From Anaeramoeba ignava BMAN (Eukaryota > Protista > Anaeramoebae): a stretch of DNA of 64,000 nucleotides. The stretch lies in contig JAPDFW010000079.1 in assembly GCA_028826165.1 (NCBI GenBank), forward strand, positions 124,001 to 188,000, written 5' to 3'. Numbering within the stretch: position 1 is the stretch's first letter; each line of letters starts with the position of its first letter. Below, in pieces: positions 25,922 to 40,300 of this stretch. The position numbers and the translations under genes were made by a program. Below the pieces are notes generated by a model, which had not been told where the DNA came from, searched no databases, and was given only the letters and a program-made list of their open reading frames with translations.

Positions 25922-28900
25922 ATGTCTCAAAGACCTAAAAGATTTGTTGGTTTAAAAACAAAAAATTCAAATAATGCTTTAACTTCTCAAAGTAGAAAGC
26001 ATTTTATAAATAATTTTATATTTAATTTTATAAATAATTTTATAATTAATTTTATAATTAATTTTATAAATAATTTTATAAATAATTTTATTAATAATTT
26101 TATATATAATTAATAAATAATTTTATAATTAATTTTATAAATAATTTTATAAATAATTTTATAAATAATTTTATATTTAATTTTATAAATAATTTTATAT
26201 TTAATTTTATAAATAATTTTATATTTAATTTTATTAATAATTTTATAATTAATTTTATAATTAATTTTATAAATAATTTTATAAATAATTTTATAAATAA
26301 TTTTATAAATAATTTTATATTTAATTTTATTAATAATTTTATAAATAATTTTTATAATTAATTTTATAAATAATTTTATAATTAATTTTATAAATAATTT
26401 TATAAATAATTTTATAAATAAATTTATAAATAATTTTTATAATTAATTTTATAAATAATTTTATAATTAATTTTATAAATAATTTTATAAATAATTTTAT
26501 AAATAAATTTATAAATAATTTTATAAATAATTTTATAAATAATTTTATAAATAATTTTATAAATAATTTTATAATTAATTTTATATTTAATTTTATATTT
26601 AATTTTATAATTAATTTTATAAATAATTTTATAAATAATTTTATAAATAATTTTATAAATAATTTTATAAATAATTTTATAAATAATTTTATAAATAATT
26701 CTATAAATAATTTTATATTTAATTTTATATTTAATTTTATATTTAATTTTATAAATAATTTTATAATTAATTTTATAATTAATTTTATAAATAATTTTAT
26801 AATTAATTTTATATTTAATTTTATAATTAATTTTATAAATAATTTTATAAATAATTTTATAAATAATTTTATATTTAATTTTATAAATAATTTTATATTT
26901 AATTTTATAAATAATTTTATAATTAATTTTATAATTAATTTTATATATAATTTTATAAATAATTTTATAAATAATTTTATAAATAATTTTATATTTAATT
27001 TTATAAATAATTTTATAATTAATTTTATATATAATTTTATAAATAATTTTATAAATAATTTTATAAATAATTTTATATTTAATTTTATAAATAATTTTAT
27101 AATTAATTTAATATTTAATTTTATATTTAATTTTATATATAATTTTATATTTAATTTTATAAATAATTTTATAAATAATTTTATATTTAATTTTATAATT
27201 AATTTTAAAATTAATTTTATATTTAATTTTATAAATAATTTTATATTTAACTTTATAAATAATTTTTATAATTTATTAATAATTTTTATAAATAATTTTA
27301 TAAATAATTTTATTAATAATTTTATAATTAATTTTATAAATAATTTTATATTTAACTTTATAATTAATTTTATATTTAATTTTATAATTAATTTTATAAT
27401 TAATTTTATTAATAATTTTATATTAAATTTTATAAATAATTTTATATTAAATTTTATAAATAATTTTATAATTAATTTTATTAATAATTTTATAAATAAT
27501 TTTATAAATAATTTTATATATAATTTTATATTTAATTTTATAAATAATTTTATAAATAATTTTATAAATAATTTTATAAATAATTTTTATAAATAATTTT
27601 ATAAATAATTTTATAAATAATTTTATATTTAATTTATAAATAATTTTATATTTAATTTTATAATTAATTTTAAAATTAATTTTAAAATTAATTTTATATT
27701 TAACTTTATAAATAATTTTATAAATAATTTTATAAATAATTTTATAAATAATTTTATAAATAATTTAATAAATAATTTTATAAATAATTTTATAAATAAT
27801 TTTATAAATAATTTTATATTTAATTTTATAAATAATTTTATTAATAATTTTATTAATAATTTTATAAATAATTTTATATTTAAATTTTATAAATAATTTC
27901 AGGAAAGAAAAAAGCAGGAATGATTGGAATTCCAAAAGATATTATTGAAAATGAAGAATTAAATAAAATTATTAAAATAAGTTTACCTGAGAATTACAAC
28001 TTCGAAATCCACAAAACACTATGGAGAATTCGGATCTACAAAGCAAAACGAGTAGGACTTCAATTCCCAGAAGGACTTGTACGATATTCATGTGTGATAT
28101 CAAAAATACTTGAAAAATTTGGATCAGTAGAAACAGTCATTATGGCTGATGTTGTTTATGGTTCTTGTTGTATTGACGATTTTACAGCAAGAGCGCTTCA
28201 AATTGATTTTTTAGTTCATTACGGTCATAGTTGTTTAATTCCTATTGATAAATGTTTTATTCCTATCTTTTATGCTCTTGTTGATATTAAAATTGATACA
28301 GAACATTTTATTCAAACAATAAAGGCAAATTTTAATAAAGATTCAAAACTTGCTTTTTTAAGTACAATTCAATTTGCTTCATCAGTTCAAGCTGCAAAGA
28401 ATATTTTAGTTTCAAAAGATGGTTTTGAAAATATAATTATTCCTCATGTTCCTCCTTTAGCACCATCAGAAGTATTAGGTTGTACTGCACCAAAAATACC
28501 TGATGGATTTATTCCGTTGTAAGAAAATTGAAAAATTAGAAAAAAAGCAAAAAAAGCAAAAAAAGCAAAAAAAATTTTTTTGTTCCACTTTTTTTTAATT
28601 ATTTTAATTATTTTAATTTTTAATTTATTTTTTAGGTTTTTAGCTGATGGTAGATTCCATATAGAAGCTGTAATGTTAATGAATCCAAAAATAGAAAAAA
28701 TGTTCCAATATAATCCTTATTCAAAAATATTATCTATTGAAAGATTTGATAATTTATCTGTTCTTAATTCTAGAAGGTTTCTTTTTTTCTTTTTTTTCTT
28801 TTTTTCTTTTTCTTTATTATTTAAATTTCAAAAACAAAAAAAAAAAGAAACGCAATCAAAAAAGCAAAAAAAGCAAAAATTTTTGGAATTATTTTTGGAA

Positions 28901-29530
28901 CTTTAGGAAGACAAGGTGATCCATTTCTTTTAGAAAAAGTGGAACAAATTCTTGAAAAGAATAAAATAACTTTTTCAACAATTTTACTTACAGAAATTAC
29001 AGAAAATATATTATCAGAATTTGAAGAAATTGAATGGTAAAACAAAGCAAAAAAAAGCAAAAAAAACATTTGCTTTTTTAATTTTAATTTTAATTTAAAT
29101 TTTTGATTTTAATTTTAAATTTAATTTTAATTTTAATTTTAATTTTAATTTTAATTTTAATTTTAATTTTAATTTTAATTTTAATTTTTATTTTAATTTT
29201 AATTTTAATTTTTATTTTAATTTTAATTTTAATTTTAATTTTAATTTTAATTTTAATTTTAATATTAATTTTGATTTTAAATTTAATTTTTAATTTTATA
29301 GTTGGATTCAAATTGCTTGTCCTCGTTTATCTACTGATTGGGGTGATGATTTTACAAAAGAAAAACCAATTTTAAATCCTTATGAATTTATGATTGCTTT
29401 TGAATCAAAAAATAAAGAAGAATTTTTTGAAAATGATGAATATATTTTAGATAATTATTCTTTAAATGGAAAAGAATGGTCTTCTTTTCGAGCTCAAGAT
29501 TTTATAGAAAATACAAAGAAGATTATTTAA
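25922..29530 (+). CDS. DPH1: Diphthamide biosynthesis protein 1; first exon 25922-25991, 1.9-kb intron, 5 exons in total
   Basis: [66 protein letters not shown] and [12 protein letters not shown]; the three Fe-S cysteines are present. Confidence 0.95.
25992..27902. repeat. 12-bp minisatellite (ATAATTTTATAA)n filling DPH1 intron 1
   Basis: GT donor at 25992 and AG at 27901-27902 restore the frame; the interior is a pure 12-mer repeat. Confidence 0.9.
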
Positions 29531-29576
29531 CAAGAAAAATTAATTGGAAAAATTTTAAGATATTTTTTTGTTTTGA

Positions 29577-31182
29577 TTAAATTTTATCATCTTTTTCTTT
29601 TTCTTTTAATTCTTTTTCTTTTAATTCTTTTTCTTTTAATTCTTTTTCTTTTAATTCTTTTTCTTTTAATTCTTTTTCATATTCTTTTTCTGATTCATAT
29701 CCTTTAGAACTTCCTTTTAAACCTTCAACTGCAATTGATGGTTCTTTAAATTCTTTTCTATTTAAACCTTGAAAATATTTTTCTGAAGATTTTGGAATTA
29801 TTTGAAGTAAATCAATTTCTTCAAAAGGAGTTAAAGCTAAAGAATTATTTTCAATTTTCAATTTGATTTTCAATTAGATTTTCATTTTGATTTTGATTTT
29901 GATTTTGATTTTGATTTTGATTTTGATTTTGATTTTGATTTTGATTTTCTTTTTGATTTTCAATTAGATTTTGATTTTGATTTTCATTTTGATTTTGATT
30001 TAGATTTTCATTTAAATTTTCATTTTGATTTTCATTTAGATTTTCATTTAAATTTTCAATTAGATTTTCATAATTTCTCCATTTAGTATAATCAATTTCT
30101 GTTGAATAATTCCCATCCCAAATAAAATTAGAATTTAATGCTTGTTCAATATCAAAAGGTGTAACAACAGGTTTATAAAAATCAAGAAATTTAGATTGAA
30201 TAATATTTTCAGGACAAGAAACAGCAACAAAAACATCAATATCATTTGCAAAATTTCCAAGTTTAGTTTCTGAAATTTCACCAACAGAAATTTCATAAGT
30301 GATTTTCCCTGAATTTTTAGCTAAATTAGAAATATGCTTAACAGTTTCAAAATCTCCTTTATTTCTTTGAGAAGTTACAATTATTCCAATTGTTGCGCTT
30401 TCTTTAATTTTCTGTAAAAAATTAAATCTTTGGAAAATAAATCTTCTTTGTCTTTGAGTTGTGATTGAAAGTTCAACTGTGTTTGTTATTAAATCATAAA
30501 CCCAAATTTCATTTTGTGCCAAATTATTCGCTAAATGCTCAATATATTTATCCTCATTTTTTCCAATATAAAGAATTGAAAATTTTTCCATTTCCTCTTC
30601 TTGATTAATTTCAATTTTTCTTCCACAAATAATTTGTTGATTTGAATCTTTCATTTGGTTTTCATTTTCTTTCAAAACTGAAAAAAATTCATCTTGAAAA
30701 TATGCAAATTTAATATTGAATTTTTGCTTATCAATTTGCTTTTGGATAATGGAAACTAAATGATTCACGTGGGAATTCAATGATAAATCATAAAATATAA
30801 TCCAGTCTTTTGATTTTTCTTTTGATTCCAAAAAGCCAATAATGTTTTTTGAAATTAAATTAATTTCAAAATGATATTTATTAAAAATATATTTAACGGG
30901 TATTTTATTGACTTGAGAAAAACAACTATGCCCATAATGCACAATACAATCAGCACCAACATGTTCTGCTAATGATTCTTTTATGCAACAAGGTGAATCT
31001 GAAACATCCCCCATTATATATATCTTGATTGAATTAGAAAGTGATTTTTTTAATATTTGTTGAATTTTAATTGAATATTTAAGTAAATTTTTTGGAAATT
31101 GAAGAACTATTTTTTGAAACTTTCCGTTTTGAATAAATTCTATTGTTTCTTTAATTTCAAAATCAATTTCTAAATTATTCAT
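29577..31182 (-). CDS. DPH2: Diphthamide biosynthesis protein 2; apparently intronless, with a frameshift in the NQ tract near 29860
   Basis: IVLQFPKNLL, SPCCIKESLAEHVGADCIVHYGHSC, KLGNF..IDVFVAVSCPE, FYKPVVTPFD, and the C-terminal YFQGL..AVEGLKGSSKGYESE in a second frame. Confidence 0.9.
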
Positions 31183-31364
31183 ATTTATTTTAAAAAGAAA
31201 ATGAAAAATTGAAAAATTGAAAAAATGAAAAAATGAAAAAAAAATTTTTTTATTATTTTTTTTTAAAAAAGATTAAAAGAATTAAAAACAATAAATCTAT
31301 CTTGTTAATTTGATTTAAAAGAAAGAAAGAAAGAAAGAAAGAAAGAAATCATTTTTTTTTGAAA

Positions 31365-34300
31365 TTATTTTTGAATTAAATATTTTTGTTTAAATTCTTC
31401 CAAATCAGTTTGTAATTGGAAATGAAACTAAAAAAAAATAAAAAATAAGTAAAAAAAAACAAGAACATGAGTTAGAAAAGAAAAAGAAAAATTTTTTTGT
31501 TTTGATTAATTTCATGTTTTTAAATTAAATTATTTTAAATTACATCTTGAAGAATTGTTAAAGATGATATTAATTGAATACAAAATCTTTTTTTAATTAG
31601 AAAGGAATCAGAACGATAAAATTTAAGAGAAAAATCAGGATGAGAAAGGATACTAATCCATTTAAGTAAAATTCCTTCATTAATTCCAAACAAAAAGAAG
31701 GTAGACATTTCAATATTTTTCAAAGTTTTTAAATTTTGAATTGAAGAAAAGTTTTTTTGTTTAACAAAGTAGTATCCAGGATTAAGAAAATCATTATTAT
31801 ATTGAAATACACAATCTAAAAAATTTAGTTTTTTTTCGTTTTTCTTTTTAAGTCTCCAATTAAAAATTGAACTAATAATTTTCACAAGAAATAATGCATC
31901 TTTATCTTTTGGATGAACTTGAAATTTTGATCGATTATGAACGATTATTTTTTGGATTGAATCTGAATCAACTAGATATTTTTCTTGTAATTTCTCAACA
32001 GATATTAAAAGATCATCAATAATTTTCTCATAAATTTTGGAAATTTGCTTTTCTTGTTCTTGATCTTTTATCTCGTTTTCAAAAATTCCATCTGAATAAA
32101 AAATACTCATTAAATCTTCGTTTTGATATTTGTTTTGATTTTGTATTTTGTCGAATGAAACATAAAATTTCACACATAAATTAAGTTCATTGTTTGTTGC
32201 ATTTATGATTTGATTTTGATTTTGATTTTGATTTTGATTTTGATTTTGAATTTGATTTTTATTTTGATTTTGAATTTGATTTTTATTTTGATTTTGAATT
32301 TGAATTTTATTTTTATTTTGATTTTGATTTTCATTTTCAATTTGATTTTGAATTTCAATTTGATTTTGATTTTCATTTTGATTTTGATTTTGAATTTGAT
32401 TTTCATTTTGAATTTGAATTTGATTTTGATTTTGATTTTGATTTTGATTTTGATTTTGATTTTGATTTTGAATTTGAATTTGATTTTGATTTTGAATTTG
32501 ATTTTCATTTTCAATTTGATTTTGATTTTGAATTTGATTTTGATTTTGATTTTGATTTTGATTTTGAATTTGATTTTGAATTTGAATTTGATTTTGATTT
32601 TGATTTTCAATTTGATTTTCATTTTCAATTTGATTTTGATTTTGATTTTGATTTTGATTTTCATTTTGAATTTCATTTTCAATTTGATTTTGATTTTGAA
32701 TTTCTTTTTTATTTTGAATTTGATTTTGATTTTCAATTTGAATTTGATTTTGATTTTGATTTTGAATTTGATTTTGAATTTCAATTTGATTTTGATTTTT
32801 ATTTTGATTTTCAATTTGAATTTGATTTTGATTTTGATTTTCATTTTGAATTTCTTTTTTATTTTGAATGTGATTTTCTTTAGTTATTTTTGGAATTTTT
32901 TTAATTGTTGTAATTTTATTTTCACGAATAAAAAGAATTTCTTTTGCAAATTCAAAATGTTGATCAGGAAAATTTGCAACAATAAGTTGTTTTTGTGGTC
33001 TCTTTTTTCTAATACTATTTCTTTTTGTTTCTGCGACTTTTTTTGTTGGACTCATTTTATTTCCTTTTTGAGCAAAAAATCTTTTTTTATTTTGTTGTTT
33101 TGTTTGTGATTTCTTTCCCAAATTTTTAACTGAATCATTTGGTTTTGTATTTTTTTTTTCTTCTTGATTTTTAACTTGTTTATCTTTTATAATTTCACTT
33201 AAAAATTCTACCATTGATAATTTTTCAGAATTGTTTTTATTTTGAAAATTGTTTTCCTTATTTTCATCTTCATAATCTTCATTTTTATTTTTATTTTCAA
33301 TTTCTTTTTGATTTTCAATTTCTTTTTGATTTTGATTTTCTTTTTCATTTTGATTTTCTTTTTGATTTTCAATTTGATTTTGATTTTGATTTTGATTTTC
33401 ATTTCTTTGATTTTCTTTTAAATTTTCAATTTGATTTTCTTTTTGAATTTGATTTTGAATTTTGATTTTCATTTTGATTTTCTTTTTGATTTTCATTTTG
33501 ATTTTCTTTTTGAATTTCTTTTTTATTTTGATTTTCATTTTGAATTTCTTTTTTATTTTGATTTTCATTTTGAATTTCAATTTGATTTTGATTTTGATTT
33601 TCAATTTGATTTTGATTTTGATTTTGATTTTCATTTTCAATTTGATTTTCATTTTGATTTTCATTTTCATTTTGATTTTCAATTTGATTTTGATTTTGAT
33701 TTTGATTTTCAATTTGATTTTGATTTTCATTTTCATTTTGGATTTGATTTTGATTTTCAATTTGATTTTGATTTTGATTTTGGTTTTGATTTTGATTTTC
33801 AATTTGAATTTGATTTTCATTTTCATTTTGATTTTCAATTTGATTTTCTTTTTGATTTTGATTTTCATTTTCATTTTGATTTTCATTTTGATTTTCATTT
33901 TCATTTTTATTTTCATTTTCATTTTCATTTTCATTTTCATTTTGATTTTGATTTTGATTTTGATTTTGATTTTGATTTTGATTTTGATTTTCATTTTCAA
34001 TTTGAATTTGATCTTTATTTTTATTTTTATTTTGATTTTCTTTTTGATTTTCAATTTGATTTTCATTTTCAATTTGATTTTTATTTTGATTTTGATTTTC
34101 TTTTTGATCTTGATTTTGATTTTCAATTTGATTTTCATTTTCAATTTGATTTTGATTTTCTTTTTGATCTTGATTTTCAATTTGGTTTTGATTTTGATTT
34201 TGATTTTCAATTTGATTTTTATTTTCATTTTGATTTTGATTTTGATTTTCTTTTTGATTTTCAATTTGATTTTCAATTTGATCTTTATTTTTATTTTCAT

Positions 34301-37300
34301 TTTCATTTTCATTTTGATTTTCATTTTCAATTTGATTTTGAATTTGATTTTTGATTTTGATTTTGATTTTGATTTTCATTTTCATTTTCATTTTGATTTT
34401 CATTTTCAATTTGATTTTGATTTTGATTTTGATTTTTATTTTGATTTTCATTTTCATTTTCATTTTCATTTTCAATTTGATCTTTATTTTTATTTTGATT
34501 TTTATTTTGATTTTCATTTTCATTTTCAATTTGATTTTCAATTTGATTTTTATTTTTATTTTGATTTTCATTTTCATTTTCAATTTCATTTTGATTTTCA
34601 TTTTGATTTTTATCTTTATTTTCATTTTCATTTTGATTTTCAATTTGATTTTTATTTTGATTTTCATTTTCATTTTCATTTTGATTTTCATTTTGATTTT
34701 GATTTTCATTTTGATTTTGATTTTCAATTTGATTTTGATTTTCAATTTGATTTTTATCTTTATTTTCATTTTCATTTTCAATTTGATTTTTGATTTTGAT
34801 TTTGATTTTGATTTTGATTTTGATTTTGATTTTCATTTTGATTTTTATTTTCAATTTGATTTTGATTTTGATTTTGATTTTCATTTTGATTTTGATTTTG
34901 ATTTTCATTTTGATTTTTATTTTCAATTTGATTTTGATTTTCATTTTGATTTTCATTTTCAATTTTATTTTGAATTAATTCAGGATTAGATGAGAAATTT
35001 TGTGAAAAAATTAAATCTTTTATCCATTTTTTTGTTTCTTCACAAGAATCAAAAGAAAATGCAAATAATTCACAAGAATTTTCAGATCTTTTTTTTTAAA
35101 AAAAAAAAACAAAATATTTAGATATAATTTTTAGATAAAAAAATGAATAAATTTACTTAAAAATTTGGAAAACTAATGATTTATCTTTTAATTTAAGAAA
35201 TTTATCTTCTTTTTCAGGAAATCTAATTAAAATATTTTGATCCAATAAAATAATTTCTATCCAAAAAAAAAGAATAAATAATTTTTTAAAAAAAATATTT
35301 AGTAAATTTGTTTTGTTTACTTTTTTCCTGATTAAAATTATCATTATCAAATAATTTTATTGTATTATCTTCAACTACAACATAACATCTCTCTCTTTTC
35401 CATTTATTAGATTTATAAATATAGTTTATCCAACCACTAAATTTGTTGAACTAGAAATAATTTAAATTGAAAAACAAAGGAAAAAATTAGTTTTTTTTTA
35501 ATAAAAATAAGAAATATTAAGTCATCAAAAAGTAATAGAAAAATAGATTAATTCCTTTACTTGTTTCATTTCTTTTAGTTGAAGAGTTAATTGTGTTCTT
35601 GATTCTTCGAGTTGAGAAAACCATAAATCAAACGAATATTGACAATCAGGAAGTAAAAAATAACTTTTGTTTGAAATTGTTAAATTTGATTTGATTTCAA
35701 TTGTGAATTGTTTGTTTGTTGTATAATCTGAACGAAATATTGAGTAATTTAATAAGAATATATTTCCCAGTATGTTTTTTTTCTTTTTGAATTTATAAAT
35801 TAAATTATAAATAAAATTATAAATAAAATTATAAATTAAATTATAAATAAAATTATAAATAAAATTATAAATAAAATTATAAATAAAATTATAAATAAAA
35901 TTATAAATTAAAATTATAAATTAAAATTATAAATAAAATTATAAATTAAATTATAAATAAAATTATAAATAAAATTATAAATTAAATTATAAATAAAATT
36001 ATAAATTAAATTATAAATAAAATTATAAATAAAATTATAAATAAAATTATAAATAAAATTATAAATAAAATTATAAATAAAAATTATAAATAAAATTATA
36101 AATAAAATTATAAATAAAATTATAAATAAATTATAAATAAAATTATAAATTAAATTATAAATAAATTATAAATAAAATTATAAATAAAATTATAAATAAA
36201 ATTATAAATTAAATTATAAATTAAATTATAAATAAAATTATAAATAAAATTATAAATAAAATTATAAATAAAATTATAAATAAAATTATAAATTAAATTA
36301 TAAATTAAATTATAAATTAAATTATAAATAAAATTGTTATAAAATAAAAAAATAAATAAAAATTATAAATAAAATTATAAATAAATTATAAATAAAAATA
36401 AAATTATAAATAAAATTATAAATAAAATATATAAATAAAAATAAAATAAAAATTATAAATAAAATTATAAATAAAATTATAAATAAAATTATAAATAAAA
36501 TTATAAATAAAATTATAAATAAAATTATAAATAAAATTATAAATAAAATTATAAATAAAATTATAAATTAAATTATAAAATAAAATTATAAAATAAAATA
36601 TAAATAAAATTATAAATAAAATTATAAATAAAATTATAAATAAAATTATAAATAAAATTATAAATAAAAAAATTAAATAAAATATAAACAAAAATTATAA
36701 ATAAAAATTATAAATTAAATTATAATAAAAATTATAAATAAAATTATAAATTAAATTATAAATAAAATTATAAAAATTATAAATAAAAAATAAATAAAAT
36801 TATAAATTAAAATTATAAATAAAAATTATAAATAAAAATATAAATAAAATTATAAAATAAAATTATAAATTAAATTATAAATAAAAATATAAATAAAATT
36901 ATAAATAAAATTATAAATTAAATTATAAATTAAAATAAATAAAAATTATAAATAAAATTATAAAATTAAAATTATAAAAATAAAATTATAAAATAAAATT
37001 ATAAATAAATTATAAAAAAAATTATAAATAAAATTATAAATAAATTTATAAAAAATTATAAATTAAATTATAAATAAAAATATAAATAAAAATAAAATTA
37101 AATTATAAATAAAATTATAAATAAAATTATAAATAAAATTATAAATAAAATTATAAATAAAATTATAAATAAAATTATAAAATAAATTATAAATAAAATT
37201 ATAAATAAAATTATAAACAAAAATTATAAATTAAATAAAATTATAAATAAAATTATAAAAATAAAATTATAAATAAAATTATAAATAAAAATATAAATAA

Positions 37301-40300
37301 AATTATAAATAAAATTATAAATAAAATTATAAATTAAATTTAAAAATAAAATTATAAATAAAAATTATAAATAAAATTATAAAATAAAAATTATAAATAA
37401 AATTATAAATAAATTATAAATAAAATATAAATAAATTATAAATAAATTATAAATTAAATTATAAATAAAATTATAAATAAAATTATAAATAAAATTATAA
37501 ATTAAAATTATAAACAAAATTATAAATTAAAATTATAAATAAAATTATAAATAAAATTATAAATAAAAATTATAAATAAAATTATAAATAAAATTATAAA
37601 ATAAAATTATAAATAAAATTATAAATAAAATTATAAATAAAATTATAAATAAAATTATAAATAAAATTATAAATAAAATTATAAATAAAATTATAAAATA
37701 AAATTATAAATAAAATTTTATAAATAAAATTAAAATAAATAAAATTATAAATAAAATTATAAATAAAAATTATAAATAAAATTATAAATAAAATTATAAA
37801 TAAAATTATAAATAAAAATTATAAATAAAATTATAAATAAAACAAAATTATAAATAAAATTATAAATAAAATTATAAATAAAAATTATAAATAAAATTAT
37901 AAATAAATTAAATAAAATTATAAATAAAATTATAAATAAAAATTATAAATAAAATATAAATAAAATTATAAAATTATAAATAAAAATTATAAATAAAATT
38001 ATAAATAAAATTATAAAAATAAAAATTAAAATTATAAATTAAAATTATAAATAAAATTATAAATTAAATTATAAATAAAATTATAAATAAAATTATAAAT
38101 AAAATTTATAAATAAAAATTATAAATAAAAATTATAAACAAAAATTATAAATTAAAATTATAAATAAAATTATAAATAAAATTATAAATAAAATTATAAA
38201 TAAAATTATAAATAAAATTATAAATAAATTATAAATAAAATTATAAATAAAATTATAAATAAAATTATAAATAAAATTATAAATAAAATTATAAAATAAA
38301 AATTATAAATAAAATTATAAATAAAATTATAAATAAAATTATAAATAAAATTATAAATAAAATTAATAAATAAAATAATAAAAATAAAATTATAAAATAA
38401 AATAATAAATTAAATTATAAATTAAATTATAAAATAAAATAAATAAATTATAAATAAAATTATAAATAAAATTATAAATAAAATTATAAATAAAATTATA
38501 AATAAAAAAATAAAATTTATAAATAAAATTTATAAATAAAAATATAAATAAAAATTATAAATTAAAATTATAAATAAAATTATAAATAAAATTATAAATA
38601 AAATTATAAATAAAATTATAAATAAAATTATAAATAAAATTATAAATAAAATTATAAATTAAAATAAATAAAATTATAAATAAAATTATAAATAAATTTA
38701 TAAATTAAATTATAAATAAAATTATAAAATAAAATTATAAATTAAAAATTATAAATTAAAAATTATAAATAAAATTATAAATAAATTATAAATTAAAATT
38801 ATAAATAAAATTATAAATAAAATTATAAAAAAATTATAAATAAAATTATAAATAAAAATTATAAATAAAATTTATAAATTAAAAATTATAAATAAAATTA
38901 TAAATAAAATTATAAATAAAAATTATAAATAAATTATAAAATTAAAATTATAAATAAAATTATAAAAAAAATATAAATAAAATTATAAATAAAATTATAA
39001 ATAAAATTATAAATAAAATTATAAATAAAATTATAAATAAAATTATAAATAAATTATAAAATAAAATTATAAATAAAAATTATAAATAAAAATTATAAAT
39101 AAAAAATATAAATAAAATTATAAATTAAAATTTATAAACAAAAATTATAAATAAAATTATAAATTAAATTATAAATAAAAATTATAAATAAAATTATAAA
39201 TAAAATTATAAATAAAATTATAAATAAAATTATAAAATAAAATTATAAATAAAATTATAAATAAAATTATAAATAAAATTATAAAATAAAAATTAAAATA
39301 AAATTATAAATAAAATTATAAATTAAAATTATAAATAAAATTATAAATAAAATTATAAATAAAATTATAAATAAAATTATAAATTAAAATTATAAATAAA
39401 ATTATAAATAAAATTATAAAAAAAATTATAAATAAAATTATAAATAAAATTATAAATAAAATTATAAATAAAATTATAAATAAAAATTATAAATAAAATT
39501 ATAAATAAAATTATAAATAAAAATTATAAATTAAAATTATAAATAAAATTATAAATAAAATTATAAATAAAATTATAAATAAAATTATAAATAAAAATAT
39601 AAATAAAAATTATAAATTAAATTATAAATAAAATTATAAATAAAATTATAAATTAAATTATAAATAAAATTATAAATAAAATTATAAATTAAATTATAAA
39701 TATAAATTATAAATTAAATTAAATTATAAATTAAATTATAAATAAAATTAAAATAAAAATAAATTAAATTATAAATTAAATTATAAATAAAATTATATAA
39801 ATAAAATTATAAATAAAATTATAAATTAAATTATAAATTAAAATATAAATAAAATTATAAAATAAAAAATAAATAAAATTATAAATAAAAATTATAAATA
39901 AAATTATAAATAAAATTATAAATAAAATTATAAATTAAAATTATAAATAAAATTATAAATAAAAATTATAAATAAAAATTATAAATAAAATTATAAATAA
40001 AATTATAAATAAAATTATAAATTAAATTATAAATAAAATTATAAGCCAAAATTATAAATTAAAATTATAAATAAAATTATAAATTAAATTATAAATTAAA
40101 TTATAAATAAAAATTATAAATAAAATTATAAATAAAATTATAAATAAAAATTATAAATAAAAATTATAAATAAAATTATAAATAAAAATTAAATAAAATT
40201 ATAAATTAAAATTATAAATAAAATTATAAATAAAATTATAAATAAAATTATAAATAAAATTATAAATAAAATTATAAATAAAATTATAAATAAAATTATA

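Noticed and set aside
10562-36691. Long ORFs of poly-IL, poly-KI or poly-DF in the ORF track
   Set aside because: Off-frame or antisense readings of hexamer and 12-mer repeats.
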